Notes: generated by a model not told the origin, from the letters alone. Shown: positions 28,426 through 43,960, counted from the stretch's first letter. The stretch: 64,000 bases of DNA from the human T2T-CHM13v2.0 reference genome, Homo sapiens (GCF_009914755.1 NC_060935.1), one strand, 5' to 3'. A program made the numbers and translations.

Positions 28426-29834
28426 ACGTGATAGCTGCTTCAAGTGTTCTCTATCAGTTCGTTAGAGTTTGTGAGGCCATATTCTCTCATTTCATTCTTG
28501 CTTTAGTTATGAATCAGTTATTTCATTGATATTTCAATTTAGTTTATGTCCTCCACTGAATCTTTGCCAAATTCTTTTATTCCTCCAATCATACCTGCCC
28601 AAGTCTGAGTCCTACTCTCATAAAATCAGAATGATAGAAGCCTCAGGTCTCAACATTTAAACATATTTAACTGTATTTTCATACTTATACTCTTTCTTGT
28701 TCCTACACAAATAAAAATAATGTTCATTTTCTTTCCAAAGTGATTATTTTGTATTCTAATAATTCTAGTAATTCATCCAAGTTCATTTATATATTTACTT
28801 TGTAATGAAGTGAGAGAATAAAAATGAAATAAGTCTTCAATTTAGTTCATTTTCTTCCCCTTTCTCTACACTGGTTCTATACTGGTTCATTTTTCAAGTA
28901 GAAAATCTGAAAATAATTTTTATTTATTACCTGATATAATATGTATTTGATGATATGTACCTTATTTCCTCATCCACAAATAATACACACCTAACTTTTT
29001 TGCCCCAAAGAGGCATCAAAATTGATTTACAAAAAAGGAAATGTTCCAATTATGAACATTATTCTGAAGAGGATACCCAATATATAAGCTCAGTCTTGGA
29101 AATGTGCCTAAATTTTTAATTTACAATTAAAATATAGAAGGAAAATCACAAATTTATTTTTTTTTATCATTATAGCTATATTCTGATTAAGTTTGCAGTT
29201 GGATGCTTTGACATACTTTCACAAGTATAGATTCATGGCAGAATGTGAAGTAAGTAAAAAGTTAGGTAGATCTTATTTATTCCTGTAAGTCTTCATTAGT
29301 CAAGGACTGCTGTCATCCCCAAAATAACTGTCATTGACACTTTCAGGTCTGGGTTCAAAATAATATCTGAACTGATTCTGAACCTGAGGCAGTCAAGCTG
29401 AAATTGCAGAGAGCACCTAGTCCCATTTCACAAACTTTCCAGATATATTTTTGGAATCACAAGTACATTTTATATTTAAAGTAATGTTGCTAAAAAAAAA
29501 AAACAAATTTTCTAATAAACATTTTCCTTAAACAGCAATAAAAGGTAACACAATAATAACTCACAATATTTTATACCCCCATAAAGTAGCCATCTGCTTC
29601 CAGAATATAAAATATCTTCCAAACCCAATCAAACAATATAAGTAATCTTTATATCTAGAACTTGGAATCACAGGTATGTTTTAATATTAGAAATGAAGTC
29701 AGTTTTTACTCTCATGTACTTTCTGGATCATATTTTCACCTCCCACTTTTGCTTGGCCTGATACTACCTGTCCTTAAGGTTTCTCCAGGAAGCTCCTTTC
29801 CTGGTCTAAATTTGTCATTCCATCAGTGAAGAGA

Positions 29835-30070
29835 CAGGTTAGCTAGCGATTAAGAGCACAGATTATTCTTAACCCCTACTTTGCAATTTAAAAGCTGTGC
29901 CATCTTGAGAAAGTTGTGAAACATCTCTGTACCTCACTCCTTCATCTGTAAATTGGAGATGAGATACTTACTTCATGTGTTTTTTTTTTCCTGAGGATTA
30001 TACTATTTAAGTCATGAAAAGCATGTGGAAACAGTGGCTGACATATAGTAAGTACCCAAGATGGGCCATG
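29835..30070 (+). mobile_element. MIR SINE
   Basis: agctgtgccatcttgagaaagttg...tctctgtacctcactccttcatctgtaaattggagat. Confidence 0.8.
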
Positions 30071-30997
30071 CATTGGTAATAAGTTTTGTGTTCTTCAATA
30101 GCATTTTGTACATTCCCTATCATGATAGTAACCACTCTGTAATTATGCTTCTTAGTTGTCCCTTTTTCCAGAAAGATTATAATGTCCAATCACTCAGAAA
30201 TTATATCTCTGTTTGTCACAGTACCTCAATACCTATCATGATGCCTAAGACATAGTAAACACTTAATCTGCATTTATTGAATGAATTAAGTTTCTATATG
30301 TCACAGGGACCAAGATACATATTTTATGTATATTATCTGCTTAAAATTTAATCATAACCAAGGAATAAAATAGTAGTATATAGGTAAGGAAACTGAACCT
30401 CAGTTTTCATGGTTATCAGACAAACCCCAAGTTAATCAACCTACACATCAAAGTTTCTCCGCTACTTCCCGATGATTTCCCCTGCAAGTCTCCATCGAGG
30501 CACAAAGTCAAAGTAGTCAAAAGAAAAGTAAAATTTGGAAATTAAGTCTGTAGTATGAGTCTGTGAATTTGCTAAAATTATGGCTGGCTCATCATTTTCC
30601 AGGAATGAAGATTGCTTTGAAAATGCTGAAATAATCACCCCTAGATTCTGATTTTGTACATGAGCAGTTTATCATAATGACACCTCCTTTATCTGATCTT
30701 TGTACCTTCTTTTCTTGGCATTTACTTCATTTACTGCAAATTTTGTGTAGTCTGTTTCACATCATTGTAAACTTGCCTCAAATCACCTGATGCTACGTTT
30801 CTATGATTATGCCAAGTTTTGCACTATGCTTAGTTCATTCTTTTGTAATTAGTTTTTCTGTCTGTTTGTTCAACACTTACTGTTGTGCGTGAATACTTCC
30901 TGTGAAGTTTTCTTTGTCAGTGATCAAGTTTACATTGAAAATTTGCAGCCAAGCGACATTGATGTATTGGAAATGGAAACATACATGCATTAGCATA

Positions 30998-31150
30998 TTT
31001 CTTTCCTTCTTTCTTTTTTTTCTTTTCTTGAGATGGAGTCTCACTCGGTTGCCCAGGCTGAAGTGCAGTGGTATGATCTCAGCCCACTGCAACCTCTACC
31101 TCCTGAGTTCAAGCGATTCTTATTCCTCACCCTCCCCAGGTGCACACCAC
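30998..31150 (-). mobile_element. Partial Alu (right arm)
   Basis: ttgagatggagtctcactcggttgcccaggctg...ttcaagcgattct. Confidence 0.9.
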
Positions 31151-33257
31151 ATGCGCACACATTACAAAACAATTATGAACGATAACAAACATTTTGGTTC
31201 AAGTTCATCTCTAGAAAATCATTTTCTATGGCACCTTATCCCTCTGTGATTGTTTCATCAAATTGAGCTTCTTGATAGCTTAAATCTTATGAGTTAATCA
31301 TTTTGTTCCCTCTCTGACAGCGACCAACAAATATGTCTGACACCTACTATAAATATTCGAATTAATTAATGCTGCCAGAAGAAGTGATTCTGACACATCT
31401 CTTTGCTTAGAGTATACATATTTATTTTGTCTGTTCTATAAACATTCCACTGTAAAAAGAAAGGGCTAGTTCTTATACTAGAATGAATTATTTTTCTCAT
31501 GTAGACAAATTATTTTTACTATTTCTTATTTATACTTGCTTTGCTTTTTAGCAACAACCTTGGAAAATCTTTTGATACTTGAAATGAAGGCTATTAGGAT
31601 GGATTTTCTTTCCTTGGTATCTGTAGACTAATTTTGATTTTCACTTTTAAACATATATCTACTTGTCAAAGCTTCTAAACACAAGTAAAACATATAATAA
31701 TAATGCTAGAATTAAAATATAGCTTAAAGCATTATATTCCTTTTGCAAATACTACAGAAGTAATTTATAACCCTTTGAGATCAGAGTTTGCAAATTTTGG
31801 CTTTCTCATATAACAAGAATAATTTGCATTTGAAATATAGTGTATGTTTAAATTCTCTTCTATGGGAGTTAGATGTTGAAATCTTTACTGAAGTGATTTT
31901 TTTTTTCCTGCGAACACTTACAAGATTCCTGTTCTCAACTTAAAGATTGAGATTTATGTGTCCAACACTTTAAATTTTTTTTTAAATTTTTACACATTTC
32001 TCAGTGAAACCCACTTGTTGTCTTTGACTTAGAGACTCTATAATTAAAGTAAAAGCACATTTCAATTTAAACTCTAATTCACAGATAGTTTCTTAGTTAG
32101 TCTTTATTATATCAAATAATTGCAGCAACATTTAAAACTATTATATTTACAATATAATATATATGAAACTGCTAAAGTAAACATTTACATTCTAGAATTC
32201 TTTATAAACCATAGACAGTAAATATATTTGAAATAATCAGCTTGCCACACTGGCTAGAGTGTCAAAGTAGCCATAGTGCTACTGGTTTTTAAGTCCACTG
32301 CTGAGTTTGGCCAGGGCTACTACTTTTTACATAAAATGGCTTTAAAAAACTACTAAGAATACTTGTTTACATGGTGAGTAGTAATATACTCTTTATTGCA
32401 CCAAAACAATTTTCTTAAATGGGAGTACTTGCTTACATTGTGAACTGAAAAATATCTCCAGTCTATAATATGCCTGATTCCAAGTAATTCAAGTGTAAGA
32501 TTCTAATTTATATATAAAAAATACTGTATTGTAATAAGAAGTTCTAGGGATTTTTTAATAATTACATAATATTTTGGATATTTCTTTGTTGATTTTGATA
32601 TTTATTTTGGATTATGATCTGCTGGAGCTCAAAATTTTCGTAAAACCATCAAAAAAATACCCATCCTCTGCGTCTTCTTCCCCACTGATTTGAAATCCTA
32701 ACTTTACATTTTAAAGTCTCTTTCATATAGAATTTGTTTACTGAGCTTTCTATCATCTGTCATAATTCTGTATGCCCTTGTTCACATATTATACCATTAA
32801 TTATTATTACCATTATCATTGAAATTACATAGCATATTTAAATTCTAATAAAAAAAGCCCATTTCGTTGTCTTTTTAAAATTTGACAATTTATTTTATTT
32901 ATTTTTGCAGATGAAACAGAATAATCAAGATTGAAGGAAAAATCAATTTTTGTTTTTACCCAAAAGGTGTCTCTATAATTTAATTTATGGAGAACACCCA
33001 ACTTTGCAGTATTTAATCTTTCAGGGACATATTTTTTATTCAATTTTTAATGTCACTATATTTTTTGAGCGTTTTCAAATAAATCTTAAAAGTTTCTAAT
33101 TAAATCTATTTTTAGGTTTCCACTTTTGGTTTTCACCATTAATACACTCTTTCTAGCACCCCCTGCCATGGCTAGCTAATGTTTCCGGAATAAAACAATA
33201 TTTGTTTGATAACTCATTAATTCTTATTATTTCTAGTAGTTTTTTCTCTTAGATGTC

Positions 33258-33774
33258 TACTATCACTTGAATGTTCCTCCAAAACTCACGTTGAAATGTA
33301 ACTGTCATTGTAACAGTTTTAAGAGGTGGGTCTTATAAGAAGTGACTAGACCATGTAAGATCCACCCTCATGAATGTGGGATTAGACCATGTAAGATCCA
33401 CCCTCATGAATGTGGGATTAGACCATGTAAGATCCACCCTCATGAATGTGGGATTAGACCATGTAAGATCCACCCTCATGAATGTGGGATTAGACCATGT
33501 AAGATCCACCCTCCCTCTTTACTGTGGGAGTGAATTAATTATCACTATAGTGGGTTCCTTATAAGATGGATGAGTTTGGCACAATTTCGTCTCCATGTCT
33601 CATGGCTTGCCTGCCATCTGCCCTGTCATAACACAGCACAAAGGCCCACATCAGATGCCAGAACTATGCTCTTGAATATCCCAGCCTCTAGAACTGTACA
33701 AAATAAATCTTTATTCTTTAAAAATTACTCAGTTCCAGGTATTCTGTTACAGTAGCAGAAAATGAAATAGGAAA
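33258..33774 (+). mobile_element. MST-family (MSTB/C-like) MaLR LTR with internal minisatellite
   Basis: ttgaatgttcctccaaaactcacgttgaaa...cccagcctctagaactgt...aattactcagttccaggtattctgttacagtagcagaaaatg. Confidence 0.85.
33347..33513. repeat. Perfect 36-bp minisatellite, 4.6 copies
   Basis: Unit tagaccatgtaagatccaccctcatgaatgtgggat; identical copies. Confidence 0.98.
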
Positions 33775-36011
33775 ACTACCAACATAGGCCATCATATTAT
33801 CTGAAAACAGTCATTTATTTATTCAATAAATAGCTGCAGAGTACTTGTTATCTCTGTTATATAGCTTACACTGTATTATACTTTTGTCCTCTTTCTAAAA
33901 TTATTTCCTTCTCTTATCTTATTCTCTGATTTAAACTTCCTGGAAATATTAATAATTTTGATTATGCCATAAACCTTGTCTTTTTTAAGCCTGTAATGGA
34001 AATACCTCTAGTATGACATCATTAAATATTATATTGGTTTTTATTTGTAAATAAATGATTTTATTGCATTTAAGTTTCTAATTCTAATAATTTTTAAAAT
34101 AATAAATGGAAGAGTTTTGTCTAATGCTTTTTTTTTCGTTTTTGGATGGTTTCTATTTCCCTCTTTAACATGACAAAATGATGCTTGAAATTAAGTTCCC
34201 AATGTTTAAATCATATTTGATGGCTGAAACAAATTCTTAGTCTTGGAATCTCTCTCCCCTTCTTTTCCTCTTTTCCTTCACGTGGAACTTTATTCTGCCA
34301 CCAGGCTTCATCTGATCTTTGCTTAATGCAAATTCCTGTGAGCATCTGGCCTAACATATCATTGACAAACAGCCTCTAATATTTCTTCATAATATTTTAT
34401 TCTCTTGCTCTCTTTCTCTTTTTTCCCCCCAAAGAAAGGATGGAATTGAGTGAATTTGTTGTCATTCATGTCCTGGCACAATTCCCCAAATTTATTTTAT
34501 ATTTATTTTTCTTTGATTTATTTTTAAATATTGCTATGACATTAAAATTATCACAAGATAAGATAATTATCACTTGAGGCTAAAAATCATATATGTGTTT
34601 ATCAATCTATTAATATTTATCTACTTTCTCATTTTATTACAATTTAGAGCATTCTTTGGCTCTGTTTCTCATTTTAACATCTTACTAAATTTCAAAATTT
34701 CACACTTTCATTACTTAGAATTTTCTTTAATGGAAATACATTTCTATTCCTAATGTAATAAAATATAATTCACCATATGGAATATGTTAAGCAATGATCT
34801 TTTAAAAAATTACTTCATGAGTTATGATGCATATCACGTAGATTTGTGATAGGAAATTATAGTGCACAAAATATGATACGTACTTTGTGTTACCTAAACA
34901 TTCTGGTCAACTTCTTATAGAACTTAGTCTTTAAAGCTAATTGGCATATGTAGCAATAAGCATTCATAATTATGAACTGATTTCTTCAATGAGTGGTCAG
35001 ATTGGGGCCCAAGTTTCCCAGTTTATTTTGTTTGTTCACTGCTGCTATAGCTCAAATTATTTCCTTCTTAGTAGATTCTGAATTCATTCTGATTAAAATC
35101 TCTGACATATTAAGGATTTTAGCAGCTGAAGTATGATAGCTCATGTTTAATCAACTGATCCTTTCAAAGGGTTGTAGATATCCTCAACCAACAAGTGAAT
35201 GGCTAATTACAATCCGAACTTTTATTGAGTTTCTATTGTTTAGTTATCTCTTCCTGTTTCCTAAGTGAGATACATATATAGATGCCACCCTATGCTTGTG
35301 TTTACCTTTACTTATTTTTGTGGTTTTGCTTTTTTCATACCATCTCTCCAGTCAGACTTTCTTTAAAAAAAATTTATCCATTTTTATTTCTCTCTTAGCA
35401 TCATTTTCATAGATCTAATTACTTTGCATGCACTATATATTGAATTTATTTAATTTGAAAAAATATTTAGTTAATATCCTTAAATGAATATATAATTAAG
35501 ATATAAATTGAAGAAGCATACAGTTTTAATATTTGATAGTTGTTTTGTTTAGGAAAAGATTATTAATATTACACAATTGAGACTCTTTTAAAAAATAATT
35601 TAGTACCCCTACATAAGATGCAGTTCTCTGCATTTTCTGTATAGTTATTTTCTAATTTTCACAAAGAAAATTTTGTTTTTGTAGGGATCTTGTATTCTGT
35701 GATGAATCTAGTATTTTCTTCATTGTATAACTAAACTCTGAGTCTCTTTCCATTTATTTCATTATTTTATTACATGAACACTTTTATTTCAATATTTTTC
35801 TTCTGGCTTTCACCATATTTTTAATTATTCTAACCCTAAATAGTAATAAAGTTGATAAAATTTCACATATATAGAGACAGAAATGGTATATGCGTTTATA
35901 GACAAACATACATATAAAGGGAAAGAGAGAAACTTAGAAAACTATAGTTAGAAGTATACCAAAGCAAAATTTAACAAAAATAAAAATAATAACCCTTCAA
36001 GGAAGATCAGG

Positions 36012-36141
36012 GGCCGGGTGCAGTGGCTCACACCTGTAATCCTAGCTCTTTGGGAAGCCAAGGGAGGAGGATTGCCTGAGGCCAGGAATTCAAGACCAAC
36101 CTGGCCAATATAGTGAGACCCCATCTCTAAAAAAAAAAAAA
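36012..36141 (+). mobile_element. FLAM_C / free left Alu monomer
   Basis: ggaggattgcctgaggccaggaattcaagacc...atatagtgagaccccatctct followed by poly-A. Confidence 0.9.
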
Positions 36142-36409
36142 GGTAATTATTTCCTTTAAAACAATAAAAAGAAGCTGAATATTTTATCTTACATAAAGTT
36201 GGAAATACTTTAAAATTGCTAAATATTGGAGGTACAATATAATTAGTAAGTGAAAAACTGAAAAAATCCTGCTGTTGTAGAATCAGAATGTGAATATTAT
36301 AGAGACACATTGCAGAGGTTTAGTTGGAGATGATTTTTTTTTTTGCCTCAAGAAAAATTGTGAAGTTAAGTCTTTTTTAACTAATGAGTATTTCAAATAT
36401 CTTTTCTTT

Positions 36410-36933
36410 ATTTATTATCTATTGTGCTGTAACACATTTTCACAAACTTAGTGGCTTAAAACAATGCATATTTATTATCTCACAGATTATGTGGGTAGAG
36501 TCTGGGCATGGCTGGGCTGTGCCTTCCTCCAGTCTCTCACAAGACTGCAATGAAGGTGTCAGCTAAAACTGGGGTTTTATCTGAAGACTCAGTTGGAAAG
36601 GGCTCACTTTCAAGCTTACTTCCATGGCTGTTGGGAGGATTCAGTTTCTTTTGGGTTGCTGGACTGAGGGTCTTTGGCTGGGGGCCCACCCTCAGTTTCT
36701 TGCCATGTGGATCTCTCTACCTTGGTAACAGCAAAATAGAGTATCTACTAACAAAATGGGTTAAAATCTCTTTTAACCAATTCACAGAAGTAGGATCCTA
36801 TTATGTCTGTTGTATTATTTTGCCTAGAAATAAGTTTCTAGGCCTACCCACACTCAAAGGATGGAGATTACAAAAGGGTGTGAGTATCAGGAGGAGGGGA
36901 TCTTTGAGGGCCATCTTGGCATTGGCTACTACA
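36410..36933 (-). mobile_element. MLT1 (E/F/G-like) MaLR LTR
   Basis: cacaaacttagtggcttaaaacaa...tttattatctcacag...ggctgttgggaggattcagtttc. Confidence 0.85.
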
Positions 36934-38669
36934 ATTCCTTTTCTCTTTCCCCCTCTCCAAATAGGCTCTTTCAACAATGTGGATATATGGATTTTTTTTT
37001 GAGATGGTTGTTAAACCAAGATAACATGTAAAATGCATGGTGAAGGTAGCCAAAATATTTTGAAAATTCAAAATCATTACTAACTTGTTTGAAAATAAAC
37101 CATTTTAAGAATGCTACATGACTTCAGCTATAGAGTGATGTTTCCTACTTTTAAAAATATACATGTGCATTTTATTGATTCTATTTAATAGATATATTTC
37201 TATTACACAGAGCAAATGATTTAATCTATACATTAATGTACATTTAACCTGAAAATATTTTGTAGCTAATGTTTTAGATTCTTTTTGGTTTGTTTTAAAT
37301 TGTGTTTGGGATTTCTTTTAGCCCCTAAACACTAAATTGTTTGAATGAATATAGAAATAAAATAGACCCCATTCATCAAAATGAACACTAATGCAAATAG
37401 CATATATTAAAATGTAAAACAATGGATTAAAATTCATATGGCTTTTCTGGTTCTTGGTGGAAATAGAGCATAAAGAAATCAACTGGTCATCCTCTTCTAG
37501 TTTCATTAATTCTTATTTTTAAGAACTATTTGTTTGTTTAAGACTGTGAATATTGATAGCACTGGAAACCAATAACTTTTAATCTATCAGGTTCAGAATG
37601 CCCTTCACACTTTTTTTTTTTACTATTTTATAAGAAAATGTTATTTATTATGAAAGATAATTTAATTTAAATTTTACTGCTATCCATTTACTAGTTCTAT
37701 ATGCAGCATAAAAGTCATTTAATACAGTTCTGAAAAAAAGAAACCCTTTGACTGGTTTTACTTTATTCATGTCATTCTAGGTAATATAGAGCAGGGCTTT
37801 AAAACCCTTGTAAACACTGTAAATGCAGGAAACTAGATAATTTTTCTTGGGAACAAATTTTGAAGGTAGATGAAACTTAAATAATCTAATTATAAATAAG
37901 CAATGATCATACTTTTCTTACCTTTGCATTTTAAATCTAGAAATACATCATACCAAGCCATTTGGCATAAAGCTAAAATACCACTTTTAATGGGTTAAAT
38001 GTTTTGAAATCTTCTCTTAAAGTTTTTAAGTGATGGAACAGGCTCCGGTTCTCTAAATATGTGTAATAATACTCTACTTAATTAAATTTAAAAAACAAAA
38101 TTTTATTAATTTTCACCTCCAGCAACAGATGTATATGTTTTGAGATAAAGAAAAAAAAACATTTTATAAATGGTCTGATGAAAATTTTAGTTGGCTGACA
38201 CATTTAATTTTCACAGCTGTTTATTTTTTTTTGTCCAGTTTAGTTTATTTTTCTTATCAGAACTGGATAAAGACCTATTAGACCAAATTTATTCCCAATG
38301 GCATAAAAAGAAAGAAAAAAAGCTAAACCCTTTATTACAAGACAAAACAGTTTCATTGGCTAAAAGTAGAGATACAAAATATAGATAACAGATGGCATTT
38401 AAGGTTGTTGCTATTCAACTTTAATCAGATTTGTGATATCTTTGATGCTGGTTGTAAGTAAGCATGATTTTTTCTGGTACATATTAATTATATGATGGAG
38501 TGTTAGTTGTCTGTGGAAGTACACCTATTAATATAAAATATGCTCTACAACAAATTAAATACTTGTTCTCTCCTTTTATTATCTTCTCCATGCCTTTCCT
38601 ATGCCAGTTTTGCTTCTTGAAATGATAAACTTTCTCTCCTGTGGAACTGCCAGTAAGTAGCCAACATTT

Positions 38670-38900
38670 GGTCAGGTAAAGAGTATAGGCTCTGGTGTCG
38701 GACAGCTGTTTCACTGGCTTTCAATGGCATCTTTGGCAGGATATTTGATCTCTGGGGACCTGTTTCCTTATCTGTAAAACTGGGACATCAGAATTATCAA
38801 ATTCATAAGATTATTGTAAGGCTTAAATGACTAAATATCTGTAGAACATATGGAACAATGGCTGGAATAATTATGAACATCATATAAACATTTGCTATTA
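38670..38900 (+). mobile_element. MIR SINE
   Basis: ggctctggtgtcggacagct...tgtttccttatctgtaaaactggga...tcataagattattgtaagg. Confidence 0.75.
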
Positions 38901-39719
38901 ATTTTACCTGATTCTTGAATGTTTGCATATTCTTGAGATTCACTATATGTTTATTCTACAATCTTTGCTTTACAACCTGTTTCCTAACATCTAGAGTGTA
39001 TCTATCTAACTTCTGTTACTATTGAAATTCATAACTTCTAATATGTATAGTCATTTTTTTTGTTTTGTTTTTTCTACCTGTGAACTAGCCCCTAGTGTCT
39101 ATCCAACTCACATTAGGACCTGATATGTTACAGGCCATGAGGTATTTCTGTGGCTTACCTAACTAATGATCAACAGTCCTCATTCAACATCAGGGCATCT
39201 TTTACCCTACTAAGTTCTAAAAGAATGTTCTATGGAAAGAAGAGGATGATTTTCGATTCAATGAGAATTCATTGGGGATATTGTGTATCTAAGATAACCA
39301 CGAAATTCACTTGCATATGTCCTTGAAACTTTTGAGAAGAATGTGCACCTACTCTCACTCAGCTTACTGCAGTCTATAGTGATGAGACTGGGTTGAAAAT
39401 TATGCCTATACCATCCTATATCTCAGTTCCACAGAGGATTGGCATTTAAAAAAAAAAGAATATTGCAAGGATTGTTTTAGTTCCTACTGGATATCTGCAT
39501 TCAAAGGTTCTTGCCACTGGGTCTTCAGTAAGCAGTAATTCTAGTGCCTTTTTAAAATTTTCATCTTTGGAATATTACTTTTCTTTATCTCAGGATATTT
39601 TCTCACAATTATCTACATCATATCATGCTAATTAAAGCCTGACACCATTAATATCAAAATATTTGTCTTTTTAATATGTTCTTAAGCAACCAAATCTTAC
39701 ACAAAATATATTAGAGTGC

Positions 39720-40340
39720 TCTATTTTCTGAGCCTCTAATAATTTTGTTTTTGTTCTGTTTTTCTCCAATCATAGTCCTTTTCCCTTATTCACTGTTGTA
39801 TCCCTAGCATCCTGCACTGGTGATCAGTAAAATACATTGACTTTTAATGAATATATTTGCTGATTATGTGAGAAATCTTTTAAAATACAAAGCTGATGCT
39901 GTTATTCCACTGAGTAAAATATTAAAACAACTTAATCACTCAGTATTACCTACAAATTCATTATCACGGAATAAAAGACTCTTCAGGAGTTGGCCCTGCT
40001 TATTGCTTCAAGCTCCCCCGTGATTTCCTTCTCTAAGTGTTGACAACCACCTTACTTCCCCACCTGAATGAATACATTTGGTTTTCAAGACTCAGTCTAA
40101 ATACTTATCTTTTTAATTCCTCCAAGAGCTAATTATTTTCTCCCCTGTGCCAGAAGTATATTCTGTAGCTAAGCCTACCATAGTCAAGATTCTCTGTACT
40201 GCAATTATACTGTTATATTTCTATATCTCCTTGGAGGTGATTGTTTAGGGAAGAGATGATATTTTCTTAAATTTTGTGTAATAAGAACATAATCAGCACA
40301 CAATGAATGTTGTAAGAATGATTTAAGAATTAATGAATAA
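39720..40340 (+). mobile_element. L2 fragments
   Basis: ttcactgttgtatccctagca; aatcttttaaaatacaaagctgat; ttcaagactcagtctaaa; ends in an aatgaa-rich tail. Confidence 0.55.
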
Positions 40341-40994
40341 ATTGATACCTTGCTAAGGTTCAACATCCCTAACATAATATTTTGAGTCTGAAATTCCCAG
40401 TGATTGCATATAAAGGAAAAGGTAAATTTTGAGGGTTTTAAGGGGAATAAAAATTCAATAAAAATGCATTATTAATCTCCCTATGAACTGAACATATGAA
40501 TTAGTACGCTATACCTTTCCCTTTCAGATACTGAGCAAAGGGATGCAATGAAAGATGATTCCTATTAAGTATGTAACCAAACAAGTTAGGCAAAATGCTA
40601 CTTTTAATAAAAATTATTATTTTCCCATAGACAAGATACACATTTTTGAAAGCTGCAAAGAACAGAAAGGTAATTCTACATTGCTTTAAATGATAAAGAA
40701 ATTATAGTGCAAACTTTAGTGTTAGCTTCTCAACTAGTATCATTTTAGCATTTGTATCTATGTTGGATCTGTAACAGTTGAATAATAAGTTATATTTAAA
40801 CTTAAATTTCAAAAACCCAGAAGAGTTACTTTTGTATGTAACTTGTGAATTTAGTCAGTTGCTTTTTGTTCTTAATGTTTTCAAATGTGAAATGTGACTT
40901 TTCAGTAAATGGAAATATTGCATTTACTTTTTAAATATTTAATAAAATCAATTGTTTTCTTGAAATAAAAACCGAAATCGCTTTTCAAAATAGG

Positions 40995-41283
40995 TCATAG
41001 ACCTAAATGCAAAATCCCAAACTATAAAAATCCTAGAAGATAACGTAGGAGAAAACCTAGAAGAACTTGGGTATGGCACCAACTTATTTAGACAGAACAC
41101 CAAAGGCATGTTCCATGAAAGAAATAATTAATACCCGGAACTTCACTAAAATTAAAATCTTTTACTCTGTGAAAGATAATGTCAAAAAATGAGAAGTCAA
41201 GACTGGGATTAAATATTTGCAAAAAAACACGTATGCTAAACGACTCCTATCCAAAATACAAAAATAACTCTTAAAACTCAAAT
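40995..41283 (+). mobile_element. L1MC-like ORF2 3' fragment
   Basis: atagacctaaatgcaaaa...aaactataaaaatcctagaagataacgtaggagaaaacctag...aactcttaaaactcaa. Confidence 0.85.
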
Positions 41284-41284
41284 A

Positions 41285-42040
<756 letters not shown>

Positions 42041-42043
42041 GCT

Positions 42044-43565
42044 CTAATGACATTTTCCACAGAAATAGAAAAAAAAGAAGCTAAAATTAGTATAGAAGCA
42101 TAAAAGGTGACAAACAGTCAAAGCAAGAGTACCAAGAACATAAACTGGGCTAAGCACAGTCTCTTCAGTAAATGGTGCTAAAAGTAGATATCCATATGCA
42201 GAAGAATTAAACTAGATCCCTGCCTTCTCACCCTATACAAAAATTAACTCAAAATAAATAAAAGGCCTAAATATAAGACCCCAAACTGTAAAACTAGTAG
42301 AAGAAAACACACGTGAAATGCTTTAGGACATTAGTCTGAAAAAAGATTTGATGATAAGACCTCAAAGCACAGGCAACAAAAGCAAAAATAAACAAATGGG
42401 ACTATATCTAACTAAAAAACGTCTACACAACAAAGGAAACGGTCAATAGAATGAAATAACAATGATCTGACGAGGATTAATACCCAGAATATACAAAGAA
42501 CTCAAAAAGCTCAAAAGCAAAAAATAAAAACAAAAAAACACAATACAATTTAAAAAGTATGAGTTATCTGAATATACATTTCTTAAGATATACAAATGGC
42601 CAACAAATATATGAAAAAAAAGCTCAACAACACCAGTCATCAGGGAAATGCAAATCAAAACCACAGTGAGGTATCATCTCACCCCTACTAGAATAGCATT
42701 TATCCAAAAGACAAAAAATAACAAACGCTGGTGAGGATGTGGAGAGAAGGAAACTCTCATACACTGTTGATGGGAATGTAAACTACTACAGCCACTACGG
42801 AGAATAGCATGAAAATTCCTCAGAAAAACTATAAACAGTGTTACCATTTGATCTAGCAATGCCACTACTGGGTATTTATTCAAAGGAAAGTAATCAGTAC
42901 ATCAAAAAGACATCTACAGCTCTATGTTTATTATGGTATTATTCACAACAACCAATTTATGTTCATTATTAGACAACCAAGGTGTCCAACAATGGATGAA
43001 TGAATAAGGAAAATGTTGTGTATTACACAATAGAATACTAGTCAGCTACAAAAAAAAAAGGTGAAATAATCATTCTCTGTTACACGAATGGAACTGAAGA
43101 CATTATGAAGAAATAAGCCTGGAACAGAAAGTTAAACACCACCTGTTCTCATTCACATTCATATGTGGAAGCAAAAACACATACAAACAACAACAACAAA
43201 ACACTTTATCTCATAGAAGTAAAAAGTAGAACAGAGGATACTAGAGATTGGGAAGGGCCGGGGAGAGGGGAGCACTGGGAGAGATTTGTGAAAGGATACA
43301 CAAGATATTTGTTACAGCTAGATAGGAGGAATAGGTTAGTGTCCTGTAGCTCTGTAGGATGACTATAGTTAACAATAATACATAGTTTCAAATAGCTAGA
43401 AGGAGGATATTGAATGCTCCCAACATAAAGAAATGGTAAATATTTGATGGATATGCTAATTATTCTGATCTGATCACTAGACATTACATTTATTTCAACA
43501 TCGCCATTGACCCCATAAATATGTACATTATGAGTCAATGAAACATTTTTGAAAATTAAAAAAGC
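42044..43565 (+). mobile_element. L1MA (MA4/5-like) ORF2 end and 3' UTR
   Basis: cagggaaatgcaaatcaaaaccac; aaatagctagaaggaggatattgaatg...accccataaatatgtaca; A-rich end. Confidence 0.9.
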
Positions 43566-43596
43566 AAAAACCCCCCAAAATTGTTTAAAAAAAAAG

Positions 43597-43960
43597 GCAA
43601 GTGATTTCCATGGATTAGTGGGGAGAGAGAGATAAATAGGCAGAGCACAAAGGATTTTAGGGGAATAGAACTATTCTATATGTTACTAAAGTGGTAACTA
43701 TGTGTCATTATATATTTTTCAAAAGCCACAGAATGTACAATACTAAAAGTGAACTGTAATGTAAATAATGATCTTTGGACATAATGATTTGTCAGTATAG
43801 GCTCATCAATTGTAACATATGTACCATTGTGTTTTGGGATGTTGACAATACAGAAGGTTGTACATGTGTGAGGACAGGGGACATAAAGGAACTCTCTAAA
43901 CTCTGTAATTAATTTTACTGTGAACCTAAAAATGCTCTAAAGTTTATTGATTAATAAAAG
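43597..43960 (+). mobile_element. L1MC1/2-like 3' UTR
   Basis: aataggcagagcacaaaggattttaggg...catcaattgtaaca...tactgtgaacctaaaaatgctcta. Confidence 0.85.

Noticed and set aside
33342-33564. Repetitive ORFs / CRISPR-like 36-bp repeats
   Set aside because: Head-to-tail repeats with no spacers, in primate DNA; this is a minisatellite, and the ORFs are a by-product of the unit length.
36508-37002. Longest ORF (164 aa)
   Set aside because: Lies mostly within an MLT1 LTR; no recognisable domain or exon context.
40528-40568. Possible plus-strand 41-nt exon (ctttccctttcag|...taa|gtatgt)
   Set aside because: Weak donor context and no supporting frame; within chance expectation for 64 kb.
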